Positions 8,035 through 17,475 of a stretch of DNA of 64,000 nucleotides are shown in pieces. The notes under the pieces were generated by a model that saw nothing but the letters and a program-made list of their open reading frames with translations, was not told where the DNA came from and made no database searches. The DNA comes from Candidatus Eiseniibacteriota bacterium (GTDB lineage: Bacteria > Eisenbacteria > RBG-16-71-46 > SZUA-252): contig JANMQV010000152.1 of assembly GCA_031370645.1 (NCBI GenBank), positions 97,020-161,019 on the forward strand. Direction: 5' to 3'. Each line of letters starts with the position of its first letter. Positions within the stretch are counted from its first letter, which is position 1. The position numbers and the translations under genes were made by a program.

Positions 8035-9036
8035 ATGCGCCTCGTCTATTACGGCACGCCGGAACACGCCGTGCCACCGCTCCGCCGCCTTGTCGCCGAT
8101 GGTGTGGCTCCGCTCCTCGTGGTCACGCGCCGCGACAAGCCGAAGGGCCGCGGACTCACACTCTCCCCTTCGCCCGTTCGCGCCGCCGCCGAATCGCTCG
8201 GCATTCCGGTCGTCACGCCCGATCGCGCCAGCGCCGAGGAGGAAGTGGAACGCGTGCGCTCGTTCTCGCCCGATCTTCTGGTGGTCGTCGCCTACGGACA
8301 GATTCTGAGCCCTGCGCTTTTGGCGGTGCCGCGGCTCGGGGCCTTGAACGTTCACTTCTCGCTCTTGCCGCGCCATCGCGGTGCCGCGCCGATCCAGGCG
8401 GCCATCCTGGCGGGAGACGAGGAGACCGGCGTCAGCACCATGTGGATGACCGAGGGTCTCGACGAGGGGCCGGTATTTCTCGAACGTGCCACGCCGATCG
8501 CCTCCGGCGAGAACGCGGCGATGTTGGGGAATCGATTGGCGGAGATGGGAGCGGAGTTGCTGGCGGAGTCGCTTGCGTTGTCGGCGCGCGGCGTGGTGAC
8601 GCGGCGCGCGCAGGATCACGCGAGGGCCACGTACGCTCCGAAGTTGAAAACCTCCGATGCTCGTCTCGCGGTGAGCGGTTCCTCGGACGACCTGGAGCGT
8701 CGCGTGCGCGCCTACACGCCGGAGCCTGGCGCTTGGCTCGATCTGGGGTCGGGGAGGCTCGTCGTCCTGGCCGCGACCGCGGACCCGGCCGCAGCGACGA
8801 CCGGTGCGGGTGTCGTCGCCGCGCCGCCCGGTACGGCCGCCGTCGCCGCGCCGCCCGCCGGAACCGTGATCGCCATCGACCGCGCGCGCGGGTTGGGTGT
8901 CGCCTGCGGCCACGGCACGCTCTGGCTCTCGAGAGTCCGCCCCGCGGGGCGGAAGGAAATGTCGGGCGCCGACTACGCGAACGGCGCGCGGCTTCAGCCC
9001 GGCTCGCCCCTCCCGCTTCGCGCGGGGACGGCATGA
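8035..9036 (+). CDS. fmt: methionyl-tRNA formyltransferase
   Basis: MRLVYYGTPEHAVPPL start, HFSLLPRHRGAAPIQ motif. ATG 8035 lies in the frame of ORF 7735..9036; the upstream part of that ORF overlaps def and is rejected. Confidence 0.92.
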   Translation: MRLVYYGTPEHAVPPLRRLVADGVAPLLVVTRRDKPKGRGLTLSPSPVRAAAESLGIPVVTPDRASAEEEVERVRSFSPDLLVVVAYGQILSPALLAVPRLGALNVHFSLLPRHRGAAPIQAAILAGDEETGVSTMWMTEGLDEGPVFLERATPIASGENAAMLGNRLAEMGAELLAESLALSARGVVTRRAQDHARATYAPKLKTSDARLAVSGSSDDLERRVRAYTPEPGAWLDLGSGRLVVLAATADPAAATTGAGVVAAPPGTAAVAAPPAGTVIAIDRARGLGVACGHGTLWLSRVRPAGRKEMSGADYANGARLQPGSPLPLRAGTA

Positions 9037-10409
9037 GCGCTCCTCCGCGCCGCACGCCGCCGCGCCGGAGAAAGACTTCTCCGCGCGAGCTCGCGCTCCA
9101 GATTCTCCACGACGCCGAGAGCCGAAGCGCCTACGCCGACCGCCTCCTCGAAACGCGCCTTCGGGCGAACGCGCTCGAGCCGCGCGACGCCGCATTCGTC
9201 ACGACCCTCGTGCAGGGAACACTTCGATACCGTGCGCTCCTCGACCATCATCTCGACGCGCTCCTGGGCGCGCGCCAGGATGGCATGGCGGGCCTTCCGC
9301 TCTGGATTCGCACCGCACTTCGCCTCGGGGCGTATCAGATGCTGGTCCTCACGCGAGTGCCGGCTTCGGCCGCGGTGACGGAGAGCGTGGAGCTGGCGAA
9401 GCAGTACGGCCACCCCGGGACGGCGGGGCTCGTGAACGCGGTGCTCCGGAAACTCGCGTCCGGGGAGCGCGCTCCGCTGCCTCCGCTCGAAGTCGATCCA
9501 GTCGCTCACCTCGCGGTCGCCACGTCGCATCCGCGATGGCTCGTGGAACGATGGGTCGCGCGATGGGGGGTGGAGGAGGCCGCGCGGCTCCTCCACGCCG
9601 ACAACGACGAGCCGGCCATCACCGTGCGGCCGAATCTCCACCGGCTCCGCCTGGCGGCCTTCGAGGAGGCGCTCCGCGCGGAAGGGCACGAATCGATCCC
9701 CGGGGCGAATGGCGGGCCCGTTCGTGTCGTCGCCCCCGGCTATGTGCCGAGCCGCTCGCAACTCTTCCGGCAGGGAATGCTCTGGCTTCAAGACGAAGCG
9801 GAGTCGGTGGTGCCGCTCCTTCTCGGCGTGAAGCCGGGGATGCGCGTGCTCGACTACTGCGCGGCACCCGGCGGGAAAGCGGCGGCGCTGGCCGAGGCCG
9901 TGGCGCCGAACGGACTCATCGTCGCCATGGAACGCCACCAGAGCCGAGCGCGCTCCATGCGCGAGAACTTGGCCGAGCGACTCCGCATGCCGCGCATCTC
10001 CGTCGTCTGCGCCGACGGTGTGCGGCCTCCGTTCGCCGCGCCGTTCGACGCGATCCTCGTCGACGCTCCGTGCAGCGGCCTGGGCGTCCTTCGCCGTCGC
10101 GCGGATGCGCGGTGGCGGAAAGAGGCGCCGATCATCGCGGAGATGGCGGCGCTCCAACGCTCGCTCCTCCACGCTGCCGCGGCGCTCGTCCGTCGGGGCG
10201 GCGTCATGGTGTATAGTGTCTGCTCGTTGGAACCAGAAGAGACCGACGCGACCGTGAAGGAGTTTCTCGACACGCATTCCGACTTCGTCCACGAGGACGC
10301 GCGTCCGTTCGTGCCGCCGAAATTCCGCGGCGCCGACTCCGCGATCCGGGCGCTTCCCCACATTCACGGGACCGACGGCGTCTACGCCGTACGGCTCCGA
10401 CGCGCATGA
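9033..10409 (+). CDS. rsmB: 16S rRNA (cytosine967-C5)-methyltransferase RsmB
   Basis: NusB-like N-domain. SAM-MTase motifs DYCAAPGGK, VDAPCSGLGV and YSVCSLEPEE. ATG 9033 (ATGA overlap with fmt) lies within ORF 7905..10409. Confidence 0.9.
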   Translation: MSAPPRRTPPRRRKTSPRELALQILHDAESRSAYADRLLETRLRANALEPRDAAFVTTLVQGTLRYRALLDHHLDALLGARQDGMAGLPLWIRTALRLGAYQMLVLTRVPASAAVTESVELAKQYGHPGTAGLVNAVLRKLASGERAPLPPLEVDPVAHLAVATSHPRWLVERWVARWGVEEAARLLHADNDEPAITVRPNLHRLRLAAFEEALRAEGHESIPGANGGPVRVVAPGYVPSRSQLFRQGMLWLQDEAESVVPLLLGVKPGMRVLDYCAAPGGKAAALAEAVAPNGLIVAMERHQSRARSMRENLAERLRMPRISVVCADGVRPPFAAPFDAILVDAPCSGLGVLRRRADARWRKEAPIIAEMAALQRSLLHAAAALVRRGGVMVYSVCSLEPEETDATVKEFLDTHSDFVHEDARPFVPPKFRGADSAIRALPHIHGTDGVYAVRLRRA

Positions 10410-11209
10410 GCGATATCGAGAAAGACAAAGTCTCCATCGACGAGCTGGCCCCCGAAGTCGAAGCGCCGCGGCCGTCCGACCGCCGGCGCGGCCTCCGTTT
10501 CAACCTCATCACCGGCACGCTTCTCCTCTCCGCCATCGCCTTGGCCGGCGGGTTCTTCATCGTAAATCTCGTCCTCATGCCTTCGTTGACGCGGCAGGGA
10601 GAGGAAGTTCGCGTGCCCGACATCGTGGGGCTGAGCGAGCGCGAGGCCGAACGCTCCTTGGGGGGAGGCGATCTTCGCCTGTCCAAAATCTCCGAGCAAT
10701 GGAGCCCCGACGTACCGCGCGGCTACGTCTCGCGGCAAGATCCGGAACCGGGCTCGGTGGTGAAGCGCGGACGGCGGATCTCGGTCGTCGTGAGCCTCGG
10801 CGCTCAAGGGACGACGGTGCCGGTCGTGGATGGGGAATCGCTCCAGCGCGCCGAGATCATGCTCGTAGGAGCGGGGCTTCGCCGCGGACGCACCGCGCGC
10901 GTTTACACCGACGAAGCGCCGCGCGATGCGGTCGTCGCGAGCGATCCGCCCGGCGATACCGTAGTTCAGCAGGAGACTACGGTAGACCTGCTCGTCAGCA
11001 TGGGACCCTTGCCGCGCGGATATGTCCTTCCCGATCTGACTGGTCGCGAGGTGGTGCCGGTCGCGAGAGCGCTTCGAGACGAGGGATTCCTCGTGATCAC
11101 GCGCGCGGGGGGGCCGCGGGAGAGGAGCGGGTTCGTCTCGGCGCAGCAGCCGACGCCGGGCAGCCGCGTGGCGCCGCGCGACTCGATCGTTCTCTACGCC
11201 AACCCATGA
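10406..11209 (+). CDS. membrane-anchored PASTA-domain protein with no kinase or PBP domain
   Basis: Short cytoplasmic tail, one TM (LITGTLLLSAIALAGGFFIVNLVL), then three ~65-aa PASTA-like repeats (VPDIVGLSEREAERSL..., VPVVDGESLQRAEIML..., LPDLTGREVVPVARAL...). Confidence 0.8.
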   Translation: MSDIEKDKVSIDELAPEVEAPRPSDRRRGLRFNLITGTLLLSAIALAGGFFIVNLVLMPSLTRQGEEVRVPDIVGLSEREAERSLGGGDLRLSKISEQWSPDVPRGYVSRQDPEPGSVVKRGRRISVVVSLGAQGTTVPVVDGESLQRAEIMLVGAGLRRGRTARVYTDEAPRDAVVASDPPGDTVVQQETTVDLLVSMGPLPRGYVLPDLTGREVVPVARALRDEGFLVITRAGGPRERSGFVSAQQPTPGSRVAPRDSIVLYANP

Positions 11210-11919
11210 GCGCCGCCGCGAACTGGGCGAAGCCGCCAGAGACGCGGCTCTGCCCCTCGATCCTCTCCGCCGATTTCGCGCACCTTGGCGAGCAGATCGC
11301 GCTCGTGCAGCGGGCCGGCGCCGATTTTCTCCACGTTGACGTCATGGACGCCCAGTTCGTCCCGAATCTCACGTTCGGGCCGATCATCGTGGAGGCGTGC
11401 CGGAAACTCACCTCGTTGCCGCTCGATGTGCACTTGATGGTGGTCGAGCCGATGCGGTTTCTCGAAGGGTTCGCGCGCGCCGGGGCGGATCATCTGACGG
11501 TGCATCTCGAAGCGGTGACCGATCCCGCGGCCGCGGCTCGGGCGATTCGTGATCGCGGGCTCCGCGCCGGCATTGCCATCAAGCCGGGGACGCCGATCGA
11601 ACAGATCCTTCCGGTGTTGGGCGACGTCGATCTCGCGCTGGTGATGACGGTGGAACCTGGCGCGGGCGGGCAGTCGTTCCTTCCCGACTCGCTACGTCGG
11701 ATCGCGCGCGTTCGACAGACAATCGCCGCCGGCGATCTCGACTGCTTGCTGCAAGTGGATGGTGGAATCTCCAAGGAAACGATCGCCGGCGCCGCGGAGG
11801 CGGGCGCCGACACGTTCGTCGCCGGGAATTCCGTCTTCCGCGCTCCCGATCCCGCCAAAGCCCTCCATGAACTCCGCGAGGCGCTCAAAGCCGCGCCAGG
11901 CCGCGCCAAGCGCGCATGA
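11206..11919 (+). CDS. rpe: ribulose-phosphate 3-epimerase
   Basis: CPSILSADFAHLGE, HVDVMDAQFVPNLTFG, QVDGGI. ATG 11206 lies inside ORF 10699..11919, with an ATGA overlap to the PASTA gene. Confidence 0.93.
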   Translation: MSAAANWAKPPETRLCPSILSADFAHLGEQIALVQRAGADFLHVDVMDAQFVPNLTFGPIIVEACRKLTSLPLDVHLMVVEPMRFLEGFARAGADHLTVHLEAVTDPAAAARAIRDRGLRAGIAIKPGTPIEQILPVLGDVDLALVMTVEPGAGGQSFLPDSLRRIARVRQTIAAGDLDCLLQVDGGISKETIAGAAEAGADTFVAGNSVFRAPDPAKALHELREALKAAPGRAKRA

Positions 11920-12899
11920 ACTTCCTCGTCGTCGGGGGCGCCGGCTACATCGGAAGCGTCGTCTGCGAAGAGCTGGTTCGGGCGCGGAACTCCGTGATCG
12001 TGCTGGACGATCTCTCCACCGGGCACCGCGACGCCGTTCCGGCGTTGGCGTATCTGGTGGAGGGAAGCCTCACGGATGAGGCTGCGCTGAAGGAGGCGCT
12101 GACGGTCAAGGAGATCGACGTCGTCATTCACCTGGCGGCGAAGTCGATCGTCGGCGAGTCGGTGCGTGAGCCCGAGGCCTACCAGGAGGCGAACGTCACG
12201 AATGGCGTGCGGCTCCTGGATGCCATGCAACGCCACGATGTTCGACGAATCGTCTTCTCTTCGACCGCGGCGGTCTACGATCCCGCGGCCGCCATGCCGC
12301 TTCGCGAGTCGTCCTCGCTCCGACCACTCAATCCATACGGCGCCACGAAACTCGCGTTCGAGCGCATCTTGTCCGAGCGCGCGGGGGTCGGTTCGATCTC
12401 GCACGTCACGCTCCGCTATTTCAACGTCGCCGGCGCGAGCATCGATCACGGCGAGGACCATCGCGACGAGACGCATCTCATTCCGTTGTTGCTCGACGCG
12501 GTCCGAGGCGCGCGAGGGCCGGTGCCGGTATATGGAACGGACTATTCCACGCCCGATGGAACGGCTGTCCGCGACTACGTTCACGTGTTGGATTTAGCGG
12601 AGGCTCACGTCCGGGCGGCGAAGTACCTGGCTGCCGATGGCGAGCCGGTCACGCTGAATCTCGGCTCGGAACGGGGCGCCTCCGTGCGGGAAGTGATCGG
12701 CGCCGTGCGCCGCGTGACCGGAAGCGACGTCCCGACCGCGGACGCCGACCGTCGCGAGGGCGATCCGCCGCTCCTCATCGCCTCGTCCGAATCGGCCCGG
12801 CGCGTGTTAGGCTGGAAGCCCCAGTTCGGAGAGCTCGACACCATCGTGGAAACGGCGTGGACCTGGCGCCAACGCTACCCGGAGGGCTACGAGTCATGA
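11916..12899 (+). CDS. galE: UDP-glucose 4-epimerase
   Basis: Rossmann VVGGAGYIGS, catalytic YGATK, DGTAVRDYVHVLDLA. Confidence 0.9.
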   Translation: MNFLVVGGAGYIGSVVCEELVRARNSVIVLDDLSTGHRDAVPALAYLVEGSLTDEAALKEALTVKEIDVVIHLAAKSIVGESVREPEAYQEANVTNGVRLLDAMQRHDVRRIVFSSTAAVYDPAAAMPLRESSSLRPLNPYGATKLAFERILSERAGVGSISHVTLRYFNVAGASIDHGEDHRDETHLIPLLLDAVRGARGPVPVYGTDYSTPDGTAVRDYVHVLDLAEAHVRAAKYLAADGEPVTLNLGSERGASVREVIGAVRRVTGSDVPTADADRREGDPPLLIASSESARRVLGWKPQFGELDTIVETAWTWRQRYPEGYES

Positions 12900-13201
12900 G
12901 CGAAGACGAACGTCTGGTATCGGTACGACGCGTCCAAGACGAGACGACGGCGACCCTGCTGGTCGATTTTCTCCGCTCGAACGGCGTCCCCGCGACGGCC
13001 GTGGCGATGCAAATTCCGTGGCTTCCCGGCGTCGAGACGTTCCGCCAGGGATTTTGGGGGCACGTGGAAGTGATGGAGCGCGACGCCGAGCGCGCGAAGG
13101 TGTTGATCGACGATTTCTTCGCCGGCGACGTGCAGGATGAGCCGGGTTTGGAGACGACGACGAACGGCGCCGATCTGACCGACGATGAGGAGCGGGAGTG
13201 A
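12896..13201 (+). CDS. small acidic hypothetical protein (DUF2007-like)
   Basis: LVSVRRVQDETTATLLVDFLRSNGVPA pattern resembles the DUF2007 fold. ATG 12896 forms an ATGA overlap with galE. Frame has high GC3. Confidence 0.5.
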   Translation: MSEDERLVSVRRVQDETTATLLVDFLRSNGVPATAVAMQIPWLPGVETFRQGFWGHVEVMERDAERAKVLIDDFFAGDVQDEPGLETTTNGADLTDDEERE

Positions 13202-14223
13202 ATCCGGCTTCCATGGCGACGCGACGGGCTCCCTCGTTCACGCGTAGTGCCTTGGCCGCTCGCGTTGGTGAGTTCCGCGGCAAACGGGTGCTCGTGATCG
13301 GCGACGTGATCCTCGATCGCTACCTCTGGGGGCGCGCCACGCGCGTCTCTCCCGAGGCACCGGTGCTGGTCGTGGATGTCGATCGTGAGGAGTTTCGGCT
13401 TGGCGGCGCCGCCAACGTGGCACATAACGTGGCATCGCTCGGCGCGAAGCCCGTCTTGTTCGGCGTCTGTGGGACGGATTTGGCGTCGGGTGCCTTGGCG
13501 CGGCTCTTGAGCGAGCGCGGCGTCGATCCCGAAGCGGGCATGATCACCGACGCCTCGCGCCGCACGACCGTGAAGACGCGGATCATTGCTCATCACCAGC
13601 AGGTGCTCCGGGCCGACGAAGAAACGCGCGACGCCTGCGCCGATTCGACCCGCGCGCGTTTATTGGATCGTATTGTGTCAGGGCTCGATGGCGCCGATGC
13701 CGTGATCGTGTCGGATTACGGCAAGGGCGTCCTGTCCCAGCCCTTATTGGACTCGTTGCTCCCCGAATTGACGCGCCGCGGTATTCCAACCGCCGTCGAT
13801 CCCAAAGAAGAGCAGTTCTTCCGCTACAAAGGCGTCACCGTCATCACGCCCAACCTGAGCGAAGCGTCGCAAGCGTGGGGCCGGCGAATTCGGAGCGAAG
13901 TCGAACTCGCTGAGGCGGGGTTCGGTCTTCGCGAGAAGTTGGGTTCGCGTTCGGTTCTGATCACGCGCGGCGAGGACGGCATGTCGCTCTTCGACGAGGA
14001 AGGGCACACGCACATCCCGACCAAGGCGCGGGAGGTCTACGACGTCACCGGCGCCGGCGACACGGTTGTAGCGACCATGGGCGTGGCGCTAGCCGCGCGG
14101 GCGCCCTTGGCCGAGGCGTGCGTCTTGGCGAATCACGCGGCGGGGCTGGTGGTGGCGCACTTGGGCACGGCCGCCGCGACCGCCGATGATCTCATCGCTT
14201 CGCTGCAAGACTTGGAAGGGTAG
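13198..14223 (+). CDS. hldA: D-glycero-beta-D-manno-heptose-7-phosphate kinase (RfaE domain I type)
   Basis: pfkB kinase fold. VLVIGDVILDRYLWG...RVSPEAPV signature and DVTGAGDT anion hole. Confidence 0.88.
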   Translation: MNPASMATRRAPSFTRSALAARVGEFRGKRVLVIGDVILDRYLWGRATRVSPEAPVLVVDVDREEFRLGGAANVAHNVASLGAKPVLFGVCGTDLASGALARLLSERGVDPEAGMITDASRRTTVKTRIIAHHQQVLRADEETRDACADSTRARLLDRIVSGLDGADAVIVSDYGKGVLSQPLLDSLLPELTRRGIPTAVDPKEEQFFRYKGVTVITPNLSEASQAWGRRIRSEVELAEAGFGLREKLGSRSVLITRGEDGMSLFDEEGHTHIPTKAREVYDVTGAGDTVVATMGVALAARAPLAEACVLANHAAGLVVAHLGTAAATADDLIASLQDLEG

Positions 14224-14230
14224 GGGACTC

Positions 14231-14692
14231 GTGGGCGAAGTGCTAAGCCTCGAAGACGCACTCCGCCGCCGCGCATCGGTGCGCGTAAGAGGCATGAAGT
14301 TCGTGTTCACGAATGGTTGCTTCGATCTCATTCATCCGGGGCATGTGGCGCTGTTGCGGGAGGCACGGAAGCAGGGCGATTACCTACTGGTCGCGATCAA
14401 CAGCGATCGCTCTGCGCGCGGATTGAAGGGCGAGGGAAGGCCGGTGCAGAACGAAGCGGATCGGGCCGAAGTACTCGCCGCGATGCGCGATGTCGATGGG
14501 GTCGTGGTGTTCGACGAGGAGACACCGGCGAAGGTGATCGAAGCGATCAAGCCGGATGTGCTGGTGAAGGGTGGGGACTACACGCCGGACAACGTCGTCG
14601 GGCGTGAAGTCGTGGAGAAGGCTGGCGGCCGCGTCCACATCGTGCCACTCGTACCGGGGAAGAGCTCCAGCGCCCTCGCTGGGAATGCCTAA
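14231..14692 (+). CDS. hldC: D-glycero-beta-D-manno-heptose-1-phosphate adenylyltransferase (RfaE domain II type)
   Basis: Cytidylyltransferase fold FTNGCFDLIHPGHV, LLVAINSD. GTG 14231 is preferred over ATG 14186, which overlaps hldA. Confidence 0.88.
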   Translation: MGEVLSLEDALRRRASVRVRGMKFVFTNGCFDLIHPGHVALLREARKQGDYLLVAINSDRSARGLKGEGRPVQNEADRAEVLAAMRDVDGVVVFDEETPAKVIEAIKPDVLVKGGDYTPDNVVGREVVEKAGGRVHIVPLVPGKSSSALAGNA

Positions 14693-14701
14693 TAGCAGCG
14701 C

Positions 14702-15922
<1,221 letters not shown>

Positions 15923-15929
15923 GGCCGCG

Positions 15930-17261
15930 CTACCTCCCTCCGCCCGAGCGGCCGCCGCCGGTGTTACCGCCGCGCTGACCGCCACCGCCGGGTGCCGGCT
16001 GGAACGGATTCGTCGTCTGTTTCTTTCCGTTATCCACTACTTCCTGTCCCACGACGACCATGGCGCCCTCGTCCAACGAGCCCGGAAGGAGTTCGGTAAG
16101 CGTGCCGTCGGTGATCCCGACGCGAACGTGGACCGCCTTGGGCGCCTTCTTGCCGCTCGAATCGGCGAGCACGTAGACCGTAGCGGGGCGACCGGGGCGA
16201 GCTTCGCGCATCGCGCGTCCGCCCTTGCCGCCGGCGCTCGTGTCGGCGCCGGCGCCACCGCCACCGCGGCCCGCTCGCGCCCCACGACCACTCGTGCCTT
16301 CCGCCATACCGGCGCCGCTACCACCACCACCGCCGGCCCGCGCATTGAGCGGCCGGAAGCGGAGCGCGGCGTTCGGCACCTTCAACGCCTCAGGCCGCGA
16401 CGCCGAAACGATCGTCACGTTTGCCGTCATCCCGGGGAGAAGTTTTGAATCAGCGTTCGGCACGCGCGAAACGACGATGTAGGAAACCACGCCCGCCTCG
16501 GTGATCGGCTCGGCGCGGATCTGGCGCACGTGTCCTTCGAACACGCGATCCGGAAACGCATCGACCGAGAAGGAGATTGGCATTCCGTCTTCCACCTGCC
16601 CGATGTCCGCTTCATCGACGCGCGACTCCAACTCCATCTCGGTCAGATCGCGCGCGAGCGTGAAGAGGTTCGGCGACTGCAAACTCGCCGCCACCGTCTG
16701 TCCGACATCGATATTCCGAGCGATCACCGTCCCCGAAATCGGAGCCGTGATCGTCGTGTTCGCCATGTTCACGCGCGCACGCTCGGCGGAAGCCTGGGCC
16801 TGACGGAGATCGGCGCGTCGCGAATCAACCAAAGCCTGCGCCGTTTCGAGATCGGTCTTCGCGATCAGTCCCTGCGCCATGAGGTCCTTCGCCCGCTTAA
16901 GACCGCGCTCCCCATCGGCCAGCTGCACCTTGGCTTTTTCGATCGCGGCATCGGCCTCGCCCCACGCCGCGCGGAACAATGAAGGTTCGATCTGCGCCAA
17001 GACCTGTCCCTTCTTCACGCGATCGTTGTAATCGACGTTCACCTTCGCCAGCGTTCCCGAAACCTGGCTCCCGACCTCCACCTGATCAACCGGATTGAGC
17101 GTCCCCGTGGCGGAGACCTGGCTCTGGATCGGCCCGCGCGAAACGGCCGCTTCCCGGTACTGCGCCGGTTTCGCTTTTCCGCGCCACGGACCGAACCAAC
17201 CGACCGCTACCGCCACCCCGATGCACACCGCGATCCATGCGCCACGCTTCATCCGGACCAA
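15930..17261 (-). CDS. HlyD/MacA-family periplasmic adaptor with Gly-rich insertions
   Basis: Signal anchor, coiled-coil hairpin, ITAPISGTVIARNIDVGQTV lipoyl/beta-barrel motif. Gly/Arg-rich insert (GGGGSGAGMAEGTSGRGARAGRGGGGAG...) and a GGGR-rich C-terminus. Confidence 0.88.
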   Translation of the reverse strand: MVRMKRGAWIAVCIGVAVAVGWFGPWRGKAKPAQYREAAVSRGPIQSQVSATGTLNPVDQVEVGSQVSGTLAKVNVDYNDRVKKGQVLAQIEPSLFRAAWGEADAAIEKAKVQLADGERGLKRAKDLMAQGLIAKTDLETAQALVDSRRADLRQAQASAERARVNMANTTITAPISGTVIARNIDVGQTVAASLQSPNLFTLARDLTEMELESRVDEADIGQVEDGMPISFSVDAFPDRVFEGHVRQIRAEPITEAGVVSYIVVSRVPNADSKLLPGMTANVTIVSASRPEALKVPNAALRFRPLNARAGGGGGSGAGMAEGTSGRGARAGRGGGGAGADTSAGGKGGRAMREARPGRPATVYVLADSSGKKAPKAVHVRVGITDGTLTELLPGSLDEGAMVVVGQEVVDNGKKQTTNPFQPAPGGGGQRGGNTGGGRSGGGR

Positions 17262-17301
17262 ACTCCTCCATAGGGCCCGGAAATGGCGTCCGGGCGCACC
17301 C

Positions 17302-17331
17302 TTGACAGCCCCGGTAGGGGGCGGGTAACGT
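17302..17331 (+). promoter_or_regulatory. candidate sigma70 promoter for the COG2403-sucCD operon
   Basis: TTGACA (17302-17307), an 18-nt spacer, then TAACGT (17326-17331). It would give a 5' leader of about 140 nt. Confidence 0.2.
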
Positions 17332-17475
17332 CCATTGATTTCCTAGGATTTGAGAAACACCGACGTGCTTCGTCCGGGGCCGTCCTCGCCGTGGCGAGCG
17401 CCTCGAAGCTCCCGCCGCACCGATGCCGTGTCCGTACCCGGCGGCCCCCGGTCACTTTCCACCTTTGAAGGAGGC

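Noticed and set aside
7905-10409. An 834-aa ORF that would make a giant RsmB. Similar N-terminal extensions occur in ORFs 7735-9036 (fmt), 10699-11919 (rpe), 35902-37221 (aroQ), 18666-20054 (sucC), 41019-42605 and 42098-43675 (lpt permeases), and 49745-50791 (QC).
   Set aside because: The upstream parts overlap the preceding well-supported genes in another frame and are Arg/Pro-rich nonsense. Canonical N-termini begin at internal ATG/GTG/TTG codons that form 4-nt overlaps or sit behind SD-like sequences.
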